A DNA stretch of 64,000 nt from NCBI GenBank assembly GCA_965218585.1, contig CBDCLE010000025.1:96001-160000 (forward strand), in the 5' to 3' direction. Shown piece after piece: positions 30,579 through 41,702 of this stretch (position 1 is the first letter of the stretch; every line of letters starts with the position of its first letter). The translations under genes and the position numbers were made by a program. The notes beneath the pieces were generated by a model that ran no database searches, was not told where the DNA came from, and worked only from the letters and a program-made list of their open reading frames with translations. Source of the stretch: Terriglobia bacterium. Lineage in GTDB: Bacteria; Acidobacteriota; Terriglobia; 20CM-2-55-15.

Positions 30579-31328
30579 CTAATTCAACGTGAACGTCACC
30601 GAAATCGTCGTAACAACCGGCACAGGTTCGCCGTTGAGCAGCGTCGGCTGGTACCGCCACTGACTCACGGCTTCCACGGCTGCAGGAGCTAACAGGGGAT
30701 GACCGGTGATCACCCGGAGATCTTCGATGGTGCCTTCTATGTTGATGTTAGCTTCCAGCAACACGACGCCCTGAATTCGAGCCTGGCGAGCCAACTCCGG
30801 ATAGCGTGGCGGTGTCTGGTTGATAATACTCGCTGCCTGCGCGCCCGCACTGACACGGAGACGTTCCGGCGCCGCTGGGGGAGGTGGTAGTGGCGGAGGT
30901 GGTGGCGGTGGTGGCGCTGCGGCCGCCTGAGCTGAAAGCACGCCGCCTAGGACGCCGCTCAAAACACCAGTGTTCGTGCCCCCTGCCACGCCTACTGCGG
31001 GTGGCGGCCCCTCGTCCACGATCCGGGCAACTTCATCAGGAATTTCAGTCGGTGCGACCATGGCCCCGGGATCGATCTGAACCTCGGTAACAACGGCCGG
31101 CACTTCCGGAATGATCTCCTCAGGTGGCGGTGGTGGCGGTGGCGGCGGTGGTGGTGGCGCGACCAGGAACGTCAGCAGTTGCTGCGCCGGCAATGCTTCA
31201 GTGTAGATCAATGGGATCAAGATCATCACGGTGAGGAGGACGATGTGAATGACGAATGAAAGGATGACCGTCGCCGACTTCTTCCCGCCGCCCTCTTGTG
31301 CGTTCTCCAGTAAGGCATCTTCAAACAT
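30579..31328 (-). CDS. tonB: Energy transducer TonB
   Basis: N-terminal TM with SxxxH, polyproline tracts, YPELARQARIQG and QWRYQP. Confidence 0.92.
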   Translation of the reverse strand: MFEDALLENAQEGGGKKSATVILSFVIHIVLLTVMILIPLIYTEALPAQQLLTFLVAPPPPPPPPPPPPEEIIPEVPAVVTEVQIDPGAMVAPTEIPDEVARIVDEGPPPAVGVAGGTNTGVLSGVLGGVLSAQAAAAPPPPPPPPLPPPPAAPERLRVSAGAQAASIINQTPPRYPELARQARIQGVVLLEANINIEGTIEDLRVITGHPLLAPAAVEAVSQWRYQPTLLNGEPVPVVTTISVTFTLN

Positions 31329-31582
31329 ACCGTTGTCTCACCTCCCTCATGAAATTCTCAACTCCGCTGTCTCCGGCTCTCTACGACGGTCGGGAAAAGC
31401 ACACAAACCTGCATGCCCCACAGCTGATTTTTGTGGCACAACTCTAATGACAGGCCACGCGATTACACGACTGAATCGCAGATTCGGCGGCTAACCAAAG
31501 GAGCGATTCTTATATCAACCCATCCGATGTCCTGTCAACTACTTAATACCCGATATCCGCCCTCTGCGAACAGGCAATTCCG

Positions 31583-32515
31583 TCAGGCCGTCGCCCGCAC
31601 TTTTGCGCGCAATTTGTACTCGTCGTAAATGAGGACCATCGGTGCGGCCACTGCAATCGACGAATACGTTCCAATGAGCACTCCGATGACCAGGGCGAAC
31701 GCGAAATTGTTGATCACTTCTCCGCCGAAAAAGTACATCGCCAGCGCAGCAACCAACGTGAGACCGGACGTCAGAATCGTCCGACTGAGCGTCTGATTGA
31801 TGCTTCGATTCAAGATCGATTCGAAATTCATTCTACGGCTCAGCCTCAAGTTTTCGCGGACGCGGTCAAAGACGACGATCGTGTCGTTAACCGAGTACCC
31901 CACCAGCGTCAACAGTGCCGCGATCACCGTGAGGTTGATCTCCTTGTCGAACACGGAGAAGAAACCCAGCGTGATCAAGGTGTCGTGAAACACGGCAAAC
32001 ACGGCTGCAACACCATAAATCCACTCAAACCGGAAGGCAATGTATATCAGAATTCCGGCCAATGCATAGAGCGTGGCGAAAACCGCCTGTCGACGAAGGT
32101 CGGATCCGACCTTGGGGCCGACCGATTCCGAGTTCAATATCTCAAACTCGCCTTCGAATCCGCTGTTCAAGGCTTCGGTAATCAGCTCTCGCCCGCGCCC
32201 CAGATTTTCCTCTACAACGGCCTGTTCGACCTGGATGAGGAGATCGAATCCGGAGCCGCTGGAGCCGCCCAACTCCTGGATCTGGCTGTCGGGTGCTCCG
32301 CCTTCCCGAAGCAGGTCCCGAATCCGGTCGATCTCAACCGGCGCGTCGAAGCGCACCTGCATGATCGCGCCGCCTTGAAAGTCCACTCCATAGCGCAGTG
32401 ATCCCTTGACCACGACGGAGCCGAATCCCAAAACTAGCAGAAGCGCGGATAAACCGAAGAAAACACGTCGCTTACTTAGCCAATCAAACTGGATGTTGCC
32501 AAAAAATTCGACCAT
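31583..32515 (-). CDS. secF: Protein translocase subunit SecF
   Basis: GVDFQGG, VGPKVG and GYSVNDTIVVFDRVRE. Confidence 0.97.
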   Translation of the reverse strand: MVEFFGNIQFDWLSKRRVFFGLSALLLVLGFGSVVVKGSLRYGVDFQGGAIMQVRFDAPVEIDRIRDLLREGGAPDSQIQELGGSSGSGFDLLIQVEQAVVEENLGRGRELITEALNSGFEGEFEILNSESVGPKVGSDLRRQAVFATLYALAGILIYIAFRFEWIYGVAAVFAVFHDTLITLGFFSVFDKEINLTVIAALLTLVGYSVNDTIVVFDRVRENLRLSRRMNFESILNRSINQTLSRTILTSGLTLVAALAMYFFGGEVINNFAFALVIGVLIGTYSSIAVAAPMVLIYDEYKLRAKVRATA

Positions 32516-32609
32516 TCAACCCTCACCTAAATGTAGACACCGCAAGACGGTGGTTGTTCCCGGAAAACGATCTGGGTTGGCATTCGGCGTGAATCCGACC
32601 CATAACCAA

Positions 32610-34217
32610 TCAAATGCTCAGGGTGGCGACGCGTTCGGACCGTCCCAGCAACCACTCAAAAAGAGTCCGCGACACAAACACCGCGGTAAATACGTTGGCC
32701 GCCAGCCCGATGATTAGAGTTACAGCAAACCCCTTGACCGGACCGGTGCCAAACAAGAACAGGAACATCGCAGAAATCGACGCCGCAAGGTGTGTGTCGA
32801 CAATCGTGATAAAGACGCGATTGAACCCGGTCACGACGGACGACACGGCGGTTTTCCCCGCGCGCAATTCTTCCCGAATCCTCTCGAAGATCAAAATATT
32901 CGAATCGATTCCGACACCAATCGTCAAGATGATACCAGCAATTCCAGGCAGCGTTAGTACCGCCTCAAAATAAGCCAGCGCACCGAACAGGATCAAGATA
33001 TTCAGCACCATCGCGACAGCCGCATTGATTCCCGATACCCGATAGTAGAAAAGCATGAACACAAGAACCACGACAAGAGACACGACTCCAGCAAGAATTC
33101 CCTGGCGGATGGAATCCTGTCCCAGAGAGGGACCCACAACACGCTCTTCCAGGTAGTCCAGGGATGCCGGAAGTGCTCCCGAACGCAGGATCAGCGAAAG
33201 GTCCTGGGATTCCTGAAGCGTAAAGCCGGTGGCACCTCCCGTAATGATTCCCGAATCCGTTATGCGGTCGTCGATCCGCGGCGCTGACTGTATTCGCCCA
33301 TCGAGAATAATCGCCAGCTGGCGGCCAATGTTCTCGCTGGTAGTTTGTCCGAATCTCTGCGACCCATCCGCCGTCAGATTGAATGTCACCGCCGGCCGGC
33401 CATTCTGATCGCGCGACGGAAACGCACCTTTCAGATCCCGGCCTGTGATCGAGGCAAGGCGCTCCACCGTGTACCAGGCTTCTCCTCCGAGATCGGCTAC
33501 GGTTTCGGCCTGGATCGACTCGACCAACTCCAGGTTCGGCGGTAACGCTCCCCCGTAAGTCTGTATCAGTGCCTGTTGCGTGGGGAAGGGACCCGTATCG
33601 ACAATTTTCAACTCCAGCAACGCCGTAGACTGCATGAGACGCTTGACCCGCTCCGGATCATCCACGCCCGGTAACTGCACCAGAATCTCGTATTCGCCCG
33701 GTCCACCGTACTCCTGAATCACCGGTTCGGTCACACCGAACTGGTCGATGCGGTTGCGGATGGTTTGAATCGCCTGATCCACTGATTGATCGCGGTACAG
33801 GTTCTCCGTCACCGAATCCAGCTGCATAACGTACGTATTGGGCAAGGGGCCGGATGTCGACGCCAATAGCCATTCGGGAAACTGGTCATTGAGAATTTGA
33901 CGTACGTCCTGGTCCCTGGCGGGATCTACGCCTACAAACTGAAAACGCCCGTTCTCCAGACGTTCTTCCTGTCGGAAAAGGATGCTGTCCTCTTCCAGAA
34001 GATCACCCATGCGTTCAATTGCGAGATCGGTCTCGGCGCGAATGGCGTCATCGGTTACGACGCCCAACACAAGATGCGTTCCGCCGCGCAAGTCCAGACC
34101 TAAACGAATCCTCTCCTGCATTTTGGCTACGCTCGGCGGGAAGCCTGCAAACAACATGATGGCTGCAAGCGCCACGGCGAGCGTGACGACGACACGGTTA
34201 CGAATTCTCTTCGACAT
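32610..34217 (-). CDS. secD: Protein translocase subunit SecD
   Basis: LGLDLRGG, RIDQFGVTEP, LRSGALP and DSNILIFERIREE. Start moved to ATG 34217. Confidence 0.97.
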   Translation of the reverse strand: MSKRIRNRVVVTLAVALAAIMLFAGFPPSVAKMQERIRLGLDLRGGTHLVLGVVTDDAIRAETDLAIERMGDLLEEDSILFRQEERLENGRFQFVGVDPARDQDVRQILNDQFPEWLLASTSGPLPNTYVMQLDSVTENLYRDQSVDQAIQTIRNRIDQFGVTEPVIQEYGGPGEYEILVQLPGVDDPERVKRLMQSTALLELKIVDTGPFPTQQALIQTYGGALPPNLELVESIQAETVADLGGEAWYTVERLASITGRDLKGAFPSRDQNGRPAVTFNLTADGSQRFGQTTSENIGRQLAIILDGRIQSAPRIDDRITDSGIITGGATGFTLQESQDLSLILRSGALPASLDYLEERVVGPSLGQDSIRQGILAGVVSLVVVLVFMLFYYRVSGINAAVAMVLNILILFGALAYFEAVLTLPGIAGIILTIGVGIDSNILIFERIREELRAGKTAVSSVVTGFNRVFITIVDTHLAASISAMFLFLFGTGPVKGFAVTLIIGLAANVFTAVFVSRTLFEWLLGRSERVATLSI

Positions 34218-34221
34218 ATGT

Positions 34222-34527
34222 TTACTCTTGATCCGGTTGTTGCATTGAAGCCACAGCGTTTCGCGAAATATCGACCTTGACGTTTTCCGCAATCCTCAGC
34301 TGCAGCTTGTCCCCTCGGAGCGCGACAACAGTTCCAAAGATACCTCCGGTCGAAATGACCTTGTCGCCCGTCTTCAGATTATCGATCATCTCCTGCACCT
34401 TCTTCTGCCGACGCCGGGCCGGCAGGAATACTATGAGGTAAAAGATCCCGATAATAAAGATCAGCGGCAAGAACGCAGCCAGACCGCCGGGTTGCGGGGC
34501 CGGTTGCTGCAGAAGCATCAAAAACAC
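34222..34527 (-). CDS. yajC: Preprotein translocase subunit YajC
   Basis: IFYLIVFLP...GDKVISTGGIFG; tgt-yajC-secD-secF order. Confidence 0.96.
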   Translation of the reverse strand: MFLMLLQQPAPQPGGLAAFLPLIFIIGIFYLIVFLPARRRQKKVQEMIDNLKTGDKVISTGGIFGTVVALRGDKLQLRIAENVKVDISRNAVASMQQPDQE

Positions 34528-34561
34528 GCTAGACCTCCGTAACGAAAAACGGGCCCAGATG

Positions 34562-35674
<1,113 letters not shown>

Positions 35675-35678
35675 CTAT

Positions 35679-35786
35679 TTTACGACTCCACAAGTGTCGT
35701 CGACGTTTACGACCCCAACGAGTGTGACCATCTACGGCTCCAACAAGTGTCGCCGTTCTTGTCTGCGGCTCCAACGAGTGTCGCCG
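35679..35786 (-). repeat. Four imperfect 24-25-bp direct repeats in the tgt leader
   Basis: Copies at 35679, 35706, 35731 and 35762; plus-strand consensus TYTACGRCTCCAACRAGTGTCGYCG. Confidence 0.85.
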
Positions 35787-35812
35787 TCTGGGATCAAACA
35801 GCCTCCTTCTCA

Positions 35813-36781
35813 TCAATCTACTAGGTGGCAGGCGCCGAGGCGGCCGTCCAAGAGTTTCTTAAGAGGGGGTTCGTCGGTCCGGCAACGGTCGACGACTATC
35901 GGGCACCGCGTGTGAAACCGACAACCGGATGGAGGGTTGATGGGTGTCGGAACGTCTCCACGGAGGACGATCCGCTCCCGCTTTCTCCCGGGTTCGGGTA
36001 TGGGTACGGCACTCAGTAGCGCTTGGGTATACGGGTGCTTGGGGTCGGTGCAGACTTGCGCACTCGTACCTACTTCGACGAGCTTCCCCAGATACATGAC
36101 GCCGATACGGTTGGAGATGTGTTCAATGACAGGAATACCGTGCGAAATAAACAGGTACGTCAGGCGGAATCGCTTCTGGAGGTCAGCGAGTAAGTTGATG
36201 ATCTGTGCCTGAATCGAGACGTCAAGTGCAGAAACGGGCTCATCGGCCACGATCAGCTTCGGCTTCATGGCCAACGCTCGCGCGATTCCGATCCTCTGGC
36301 GCTGCCCGCCGCTGAATTCGTGCGGGTATCGGCTACCCACGCCCGGGTCCAGGCCAACGGTCTCCAGTAATTCAACGACCCTCTCTTCCCTCTCTTTCGG
36401 AGTCGCGGTGCCGTGGATTGCGAATGGTTCTCCGATTATGGAACCCACTGGCATCCTGGGGTTCAGCGATGCATACGGATCTTGGAAAATGATCTGCATA
36501 TCCCGACGGTGACGACGGAGTTCTCTCGAACCCAGCGCGCGCAGGTCTGTCCCGTCAAATGTAATCTCTCCTTCATCGGGCTCGATCAGACGAAGGACTG
36601 CCCGACCCGTCGTTGTCTTGCCACACCCAGACTCTCCGACCAATCCGAACGTTTCGCCGCGGCCTATCGAAAAGCTCACGTCATCGACAGCTTTAACGTA
36701 GTCAGTGACGCGCGACAGCACACCCCCCTTGATCGGGAAGTACTTACGCAGGTTCCGGACTTCAAGGAGGGTTTCAGACAT
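35813..36781 (-). CDS. oppF: Oligopeptide/dipeptide ABC transporter ATP-binding subunit
   Basis: [28 protein letters not shown] and GCRFHTRC. Confidence 0.92.
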   Translation of the reverse strand: MSETLLEVRNLRKYFPIKGGVLSRVTDYVKAVDDVSFSIGRGETFGLVGESGCGKTTTGRAVLRLIEPDEGEITFDGTDLRALGSRELRRHRRDMQIIFQDPYASLNPRMPVGSIIGEPFAIHGTATPKEREERVVELLETVGLDPGVGSRYPHEFSGGQRQRIGIARALAMKPKLIVADEPVSALDVSIQAQIINLLADLQKRFRLTYLFISHGIPVIEHISNRIGVMYLGKLVEVGTSAQVCTDPKHPYTQALLSAVPIPEPGRKRERIVLRGDVPTPINPPSGCRFHTRCPIVVDRCRTDEPPLKKLLDGRLGACHLVD

Positions 36782-37745
36782 GAATACACCGCGCCTGGTG
36801 GTCACCACTGATCCAATCAAATCCAATCGCGGATTCGCTGCACTCGCTGGTCTGCTTGTGGCAGCGCGGCGCAAAGGCACAGCCAGGAGGAAGATCGAGC
36901 AAGTTGGGCACAACTCCTTCGATCACGTCCAGTTGCTCCTTCCGATGGAGGCTTGACCCCAGTTTCGGTATGGAATGGAGGAGTCCCTGGGTGTAGGGAT
37001 GCCTTGGATGATCGAACACCGCCTTCGCTGACCCCGTTTCTACGATCTTGCCTGCATACATAACGGCTACTGTTTCCGCCACTTCGGCAACAACTCCGAG
37101 GTCATGGGAGATGAGCATCAACGAAAGGTCGTATTCATCCCGTAGCTGACCGAGTAGCTCCAGGATCTGCGCCTGGATCGTAACGTCCAGCGCAGTGGTG
37201 GGCTCATCCGCAATCAACAGTGTGGGTCTGCAGACCAGAGCCATCGCGATCATGACCCTCTGCCGCATCCCTCCCGAAAGCTGATGGGGATAGTCCTGGG
37301 CGCGGCGGTCCGGGTCCGGAATAGCGACAGCTCGCATTGACTCGACTGCCCGGTTCCAGGCTTCGGAGCGCGACACATCCTCATGCGCTAAAACCGATTC
37401 CGCTATCTGATATCCAATCTTGAGAACTGGATTCAGCGCTGTCATAGGCTCCTGAAAGATCATTGCAACCTTGGCGCCACGCCACTTTCTCATCTCCGTG
37501 GGATCCAGCTTGAGGACATCCTGACCGTCGAGCAGAATCTCTCCGCCCACAACCCGCCCCGGTCGGTCGATGAGTCGGGCGATCGACAACGCAGTGACGC
37601 TCTTGCCGGAGCCACTCTCACCCACCAGCCCAAGCGTCTTACCGCAGCCGATGGAGAACGACACCTCATCGACCGCCTTGACCACACCATGATCTGTAAA
37701 GAAGTGCGTCTTCAGGTTTCGAACTTCGAGAACGTTGGAACTCAA
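36774..37745 (-). CDS. oppD: Oligopeptide/dipeptide ABC transporter ATP-binding subunit
   Basis: [24 protein letters not shown] and GCAFAPRC. Confidence 0.92.
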   Translation of the reverse strand: MSSNVLEVRNLKTHFFTDHGVVKAVDEVSFSIGCGKTLGLVGESGSGKSVTALSIARLIDRPGRVVGGEILLDGQDVLKLDPTEMRKWRGAKVAMIFQEPMTALNPVLKIGYQIAESVLAHEDVSRSEAWNRAVESMRAVAIPDPDRRAQDYPHQLSGGMRQRVMIAMALVCRPTLLIADEPTTALDVTIQAQILELLGQLRDEYDLSLMLISHDLGVVAEVAETVAVMYAGKIVETGSAKAVFDHPRHPYTQGLLHSIPKLGSSLHRKEQLDVIEGVVPNLLDLPPGCAFAPRCHKQTSECSESAIGFDWISGDHQARCIHV

Positions 37746-37909
37746 ACTTTCATCACCTCATGTTTAACCGTCCGATCGTCGGAAATGCTAGCACATACAG
37801 CTAGTGGGCTTTGCAAGGTCATTCTGTGGCAGAGAGCAGTTGAGGCGCCGCGGGAACAAGGAGTTCGAAGCGACGCCGTGCCCGCGGATGGATCGGCTGC
37901 TCGACCGGC

Positions 37910-40744
37910 TTAAGACTTACCCATGAGGATGAAGGGAGCCCAATAATATGGGTGGGGAAACTCGGATTTTACGTCTATCGCTGCCTGGCGTAACGCCTCC
38001 GGTTTGGACAAACCCTCCAGCAGACCTTCGTAGAAGCGTTTCATCAGAAGAGTCGTCGATCGATCGTTCACCCGCCAGAGGCTGACGACCAACGAAGGCG
38101 TTCCCGCATAAAGAAAACCCCGGGTCAGGCCCAACAGTTCATCGCCTTCGTAGAGGGCACTCATGCCTGTTTCGCAGGCACTCAATGTTGTCAGTTCGGC
38201 TCCAAGTTTCAGGTTGAAGATGTCTACCAGATTGAGCCAGTCATCTCCCAGCTTCAACGATGAGAACATTGGGTTGTCGGCGCGGAACACACCGTGTGCA
38301 GCGATGTGGAGCTTGCCCGCATCCCCGCCGAACTCCCTGAGTCGCTCCACGCTGGCCTCCTCCCCGACAAACACACGCGCATTCGGCAATAGTTCGCGTA
38401 GGACCTCGGCTTCATCTCTAATGGCTGGCGTGGCCGCATCGGGGGCGGCCAGAACCAGATCCGCTCCTGCCTTCCCCACTGTCTTCGCACGGCAAATCTT
38501 CAACACAGAGGTGCTCGCGCTGTAGACCAGGTCGTGGCTGTCCACAACGTACCTAGCCCCGTCGTAAAGTGCCTGGAAAGGAACATAGTGCAATACCTGA
38601 TGGGGGATGATGACCAGGGACTGCCCGGAGAGCCATTCCTCCAGCGGTACCAGAAGCATCTGGTACAAGTCCTGCAGATGATGTCGGACGGCACGAAGCA
38701 GAAGTTGACCGTGATCTTTGATGTAGTCGTCGCTCAGATGAAACTTTGAAAGCTGGAAGTTCAAGCCCTTCAGGCACGCGCGCACGGCACCGGGTTCGGC
38801 AAGGTCGTTCACGAAATGGAATCCGTCGCGACCGATCACAAACGCACAGAACCGATCGTGAACCGTGTAGTACTCGATGAGCACTTCGTTTTCCGACAGA
38901 ATTCCCTGGACCTCTTCGACCGAAGGCATGGACATCGTCTCGAGACTCTCCCATCCCTCCCTCTCCGAACCGGCTTCTCGGAGAAGAGAGATCATTTCCT
39001 GCTCACGTTCGGAGATCTCTTTTTGAATCGCCTTGTCTGCGGCCAGAGCACTCACGGTCGTGCCGACCTGGGACAGCCGGCTGTAAAGTCCGTTCAAATC
39101 CTGACGGAGCTTTTTGATCGCCAATTGTTTCGGGTTCGATTCGTCCGACTGCCAGAGCGTATCGGTGTTCCGCTCAAGGAGATCGATCAAAGTCCGGGAC
39201 TTCGACCGTTCCACAAACTCGAAGGCTTCTTCGGGCCGACCCGCCTGGATTTTCAGCCCGACCAGATTTTCGTAAACCTGATACTTGTCCTTACCAAAGG
39301 ACATGCGGAACTCGTCGAGTTGGATGTTCCCACGCAAGGACTCCATCTCTTCGATCGCTTTTCTGTAGAGGCGCTCGGCCTCGAGGGCGTCTCCTTTGGC
39401 CGTATGGAGAGTTCCGAGAAGGTCATAGCATTGATAGGAGACCCACCTGGCGTGGTAGCCCGATAGATTGTCGAGCGCATGATTCGCCTCATCGATCGCC
39501 TCGTTCCCACGCCCCTGCTCGCGCAGGCTGTCTGCCAGCGTTATCCGAGCATAGGCACCACGGACCATCAACTCCTCTGCCTCAAAGGCCTCCGCAGACG
39601 ATGACGCCAGCGTCTGGGCCGCGGGAAAGTCTCCCTTTCGCTGCAGAATCTTGGCCAGTTGCAGATCCACGCCTGCAGCCTCGACCGCTTTACCGAGATC
39701 TTGAAACATTTCGACTGCGCGGCGGAAACTCTCCTCCGCCGCTCGAGTCTCTCCGCGCTCGGATTGTGCTATGCCAACCAGCGCGAGACATTCGGCTGCT
39801 TCGGCGGGACTGGAGTTCTGTTCGAAAAACGCCTGGGCGGTCTCGGCCAAATCTGCGGCCTCTTGTGAGAGATTCAGCTGGAGGTATATTGCGGCACGCT
39901 GGAGATCGCACAGGGCCAGACGGCGGTCGTCTTCCTGATCACGGTAACGCGGACGAACCTTTTCAAGACTGCGAAGGGCCTCGGAATAACTTCCACGTTT
40001 GAAATAGAGGTTTGCGATGTTCTTGTCCAGAATGTCGAACCAAAGGCCAATCTCGTGCCGGACGCAGTACTCGCGAGCGGTCTCGTAGCTTTGGATCGCT
40101 TCGTCGAATCGATTCAATTCGGTCAGCGCTTCGGCCCGGTTCATTTCGACCGCCACAACCACGATGTACTGCTCGTTCACCTCCGCTGCTTCATGCGCGA
40201 GAGCGTATTCCTCTAAGGAATCCTTGAATCGACCGAGTCGATAGGACAAGTTGCCAAGGGCAACGTGAACTCTGGGCAGATACTCCTCGTCCTCGACGGC
40301 CTCGAGCTGATCCCTGGCTTCCTCGGCAAGACCGCGGGCTCGATCAAATTCACCCAGCGACATCAAGTTCTCTGACTGAGAAACAAGGGTTCGTCCCAGC
40401 TCCCGGCCTGCACCGGCTTCAGTGAATAAGGTTCTGGCTTTCTCGTAGAAGGGTTGCGCCTGGGCCGCTTTCCGCATGTTCATGAACACGTGGGCCTGAC
40501 ATTGATGCGCGAAACCGGCAGCCAAAGGCGTGCCCAGTTCGGACGCGAGCAGTAGATTCGTTTCAGCGAGAGCTTCCGCGAGTTGGCGGTCCTTGGGAAG
40601 CCATTCCCGAATCCGCGCAGAGAGCTCTTCGATTAGTTCTTGGGAGAGAGGGAATTCACTGTCGGCGACAAACGCACGCTGCCCCACCACATCACGAACC
40701 TGGACCAATGCATCCAGGAATTCCTGAACCGAGGAGGGTTTCAC
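37910..40744 (-). CDS. TPR-CHAT caspase-like cysteine protease, cytoplasmic
   Basis: Long TPR-like helical array, AFEFVERSKSR linker, CHAT motifs IIPHQVLHYVPF, LHIAAHG (His), LSACETG (Cys), VVSLW and HPYYWAPF; no signal peptide. Confidence 0.92.
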   Translation of the reverse strand: MKPSSVQEFLDALVQVRDVVGQRAFVADSEFPLSQELIEELSARIREWLPKDRQLAEALAETNLLLASELGTPLAAGFAHQCQAHVFMNMRKAAQAQPFYEKARTLFTEAGAGRELGRTLVSQSENLMSLGEFDRARGLAEEARDQLEAVEDEEYLPRVHVALGNLSYRLGRFKDSLEEYALAHEAAEVNEQYIVVVAVEMNRAEALTELNRFDEAIQSYETAREYCVRHEIGLWFDILDKNIANLYFKRGSYSEALRSLEKVRPRYRDQEDDRRLALCDLQRAAIYLQLNLSQEAADLAETAQAFFEQNSSPAEAAECLALVGIAQSERGETRAAEESFRRAVEMFQDLGKAVEAAGVDLQLAKILQRKGDFPAAQTLASSSAEAFEAEELMVRGAYARITLADSLREQGRGNEAIDEANHALDNLSGYHARWVSYQCYDLLGTLHTAKGDALEAERLYRKAIEEMESLRGNIQLDEFRMSFGKDKYQVYENLVGLKIQAGRPEEAFEFVERSKSRTLIDLLERNTDTLWQSDESNPKQLAIKKLRQDLNGLYSRLSQVGTTVSALAADKAIQKEISEREQEMISLLREAGSEREGWESLETMSMPSVEEVQGILSENEVLIEYYTVHDRFCAFVIGRDGFHFVNDLAEPGAVRACLKGLNFQLSKFHLSDDYIKDHGQLLLRAVRHHLQDLYQMLLVPLEEWLSGQSLVIIPHQVLHYVPFQALYDGARYVVDSHDLVYSASTSVLKICRAKTVGKAGADLVLAAPDAATPAIRDEAEVLRELLPNARVFVGEEASVERLREFGGDAGKLHIAAHGVFRADNPMFSSLKLGDDWLNLVDIFNLKLGAELTTLSACETGMSALYEGDELLGLTRGFLYAGTPSLVVSLWRVNDRSTTLLMKRFYEGLLEGLSKPEALRQAAIDVKSEFPHPYYWAPFILMGKS

Positions 40745-40838
40745 GGTAAGTCGCTTCCTGCTTTCTAACTACGCGTTCTTCCTTTACGCGTTATTTCTAC
40801 GTGACTCCGAATTCCCCTCCTGAAAAGGTGTAGGAAAC

Positions 40839-41456
40839 TTAGCCCAGGATCGGATCCCGGCGATGCACGCAGAAGAGTGTCACCTGCCCATCCGGCAGGT
40901 CCATGGACAGATGATAAGTGTCCTGAGGAACTTCGTCGAACGAAAACTCGCCCACAGGGTTCGTCTGAGTCCGGTAGCGGGTCACTCCATGGGACTCCAA
41001 CCTTACGGGTGTGTTTTCAAAGAAACTCTCCGATTCTGACAGTACCTGGCCGGCCAGAGATACGCGTTCGTCTCCCGCTTCGATCCGGACATCGACGTCC
41101 ACTTCGCCAGCCCGGAAAAGAAGCTGCCTCGGCACACTGCCAACGTGGCGGATACCTACCGGTGCCGGCTGTTCGAAGCTGTCAAAGACGAGCTTGGCAA
41201 CACGGAGCACCTTGCTGACCTTGCCCTCAGCGGGACTGAGGACAGGCTGGAACAGTTGAATACCCCACTCTAGGAGTTCTGCCGGGGGCTCGTTGGCTGA
41301 ATCGTTATTCAGAAAACTCAGCAATTCACTGAATTCATCTGCCTTACTCTGGCACTTCTCGCACGTACTCAAGTGCTGATTCACCGCTTCAAGACTGGTG
41401 TCATCTGCTTTGTTTTCAATTTGATCGATGAGGGTTTCAACTGTTAGATGGCGCAT
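40839..41456 (-). CDS. Soluble zinc-finger anti-sigma-like protein with a C-terminal carboxypeptidase-regulatory-like domain
   Basis: MRHL...HLSTCEKC (H..HxxxCxxC); C-terminal LAGQV...TNPVGEFSFDEVPQDTYHL; no TM segment; GGAG upstream. Confidence 0.75.
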   Translation of the reverse strand: MRHLTVETLIDQIENKADDTSLEAVNQHLSTCEKCQSKADEFSELLSFLNNDSANEPPAELLEWGIQLFQPVLSPAEGKVSKVLRVAKLVFDSFEQPAPVGIRHVGSVPRQLLFRAGEVDVDVRIEAGDERVSLAGQVLSESESFFENTPVRLESHGVTRYRTQTNPVGEFSFDEVPQDTYHLSMDLPDGQVTLFCVHRRDPILG

Positions 41457-41608
41457 CGTGATCTCCGTATCCTGGTTTTTAGGTCCCCAATTATGTCTGA
41501 AGACCCATCGGACGTGTCCCTACGTCTTCATAACAGTAGAGTCATCCGCATCTGTGGAAATACACAGAAAGTCCAGAGCCTCCGCGCTTCGCGCCGGACC
41601 AATACCAT

Positions 41609-41651
41609 CTACTGGATGCCCTTTCGACGAAGCATCGTACGGAGTTTCTCC
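41609..41651 (-). pseudogene. Detached 3' end of the ECF sigma gene
   Basis: Reads (EK)LRTMLRRKGIQ*, in frame with 43762..44296 once the IS and one TSD copy are removed. Confidence 0.88.
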
Positions 41652-41702
41652 GGTGATTATACACTTGACGAACCCTCATAAGGTGCGGCATGATTTTAGA
41701 TC

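Noticed and set aside
30870-31160. GGT/GGC low-complexity repeats
   Set aside because: They encode the polyproline spacers of TonB.
35679-35786. tgt-leader repeats as a mini CRISPR array
   Set aside because: Gaps between copies are only 0-6 bp, the repeats are degenerate and no cas genes are present.
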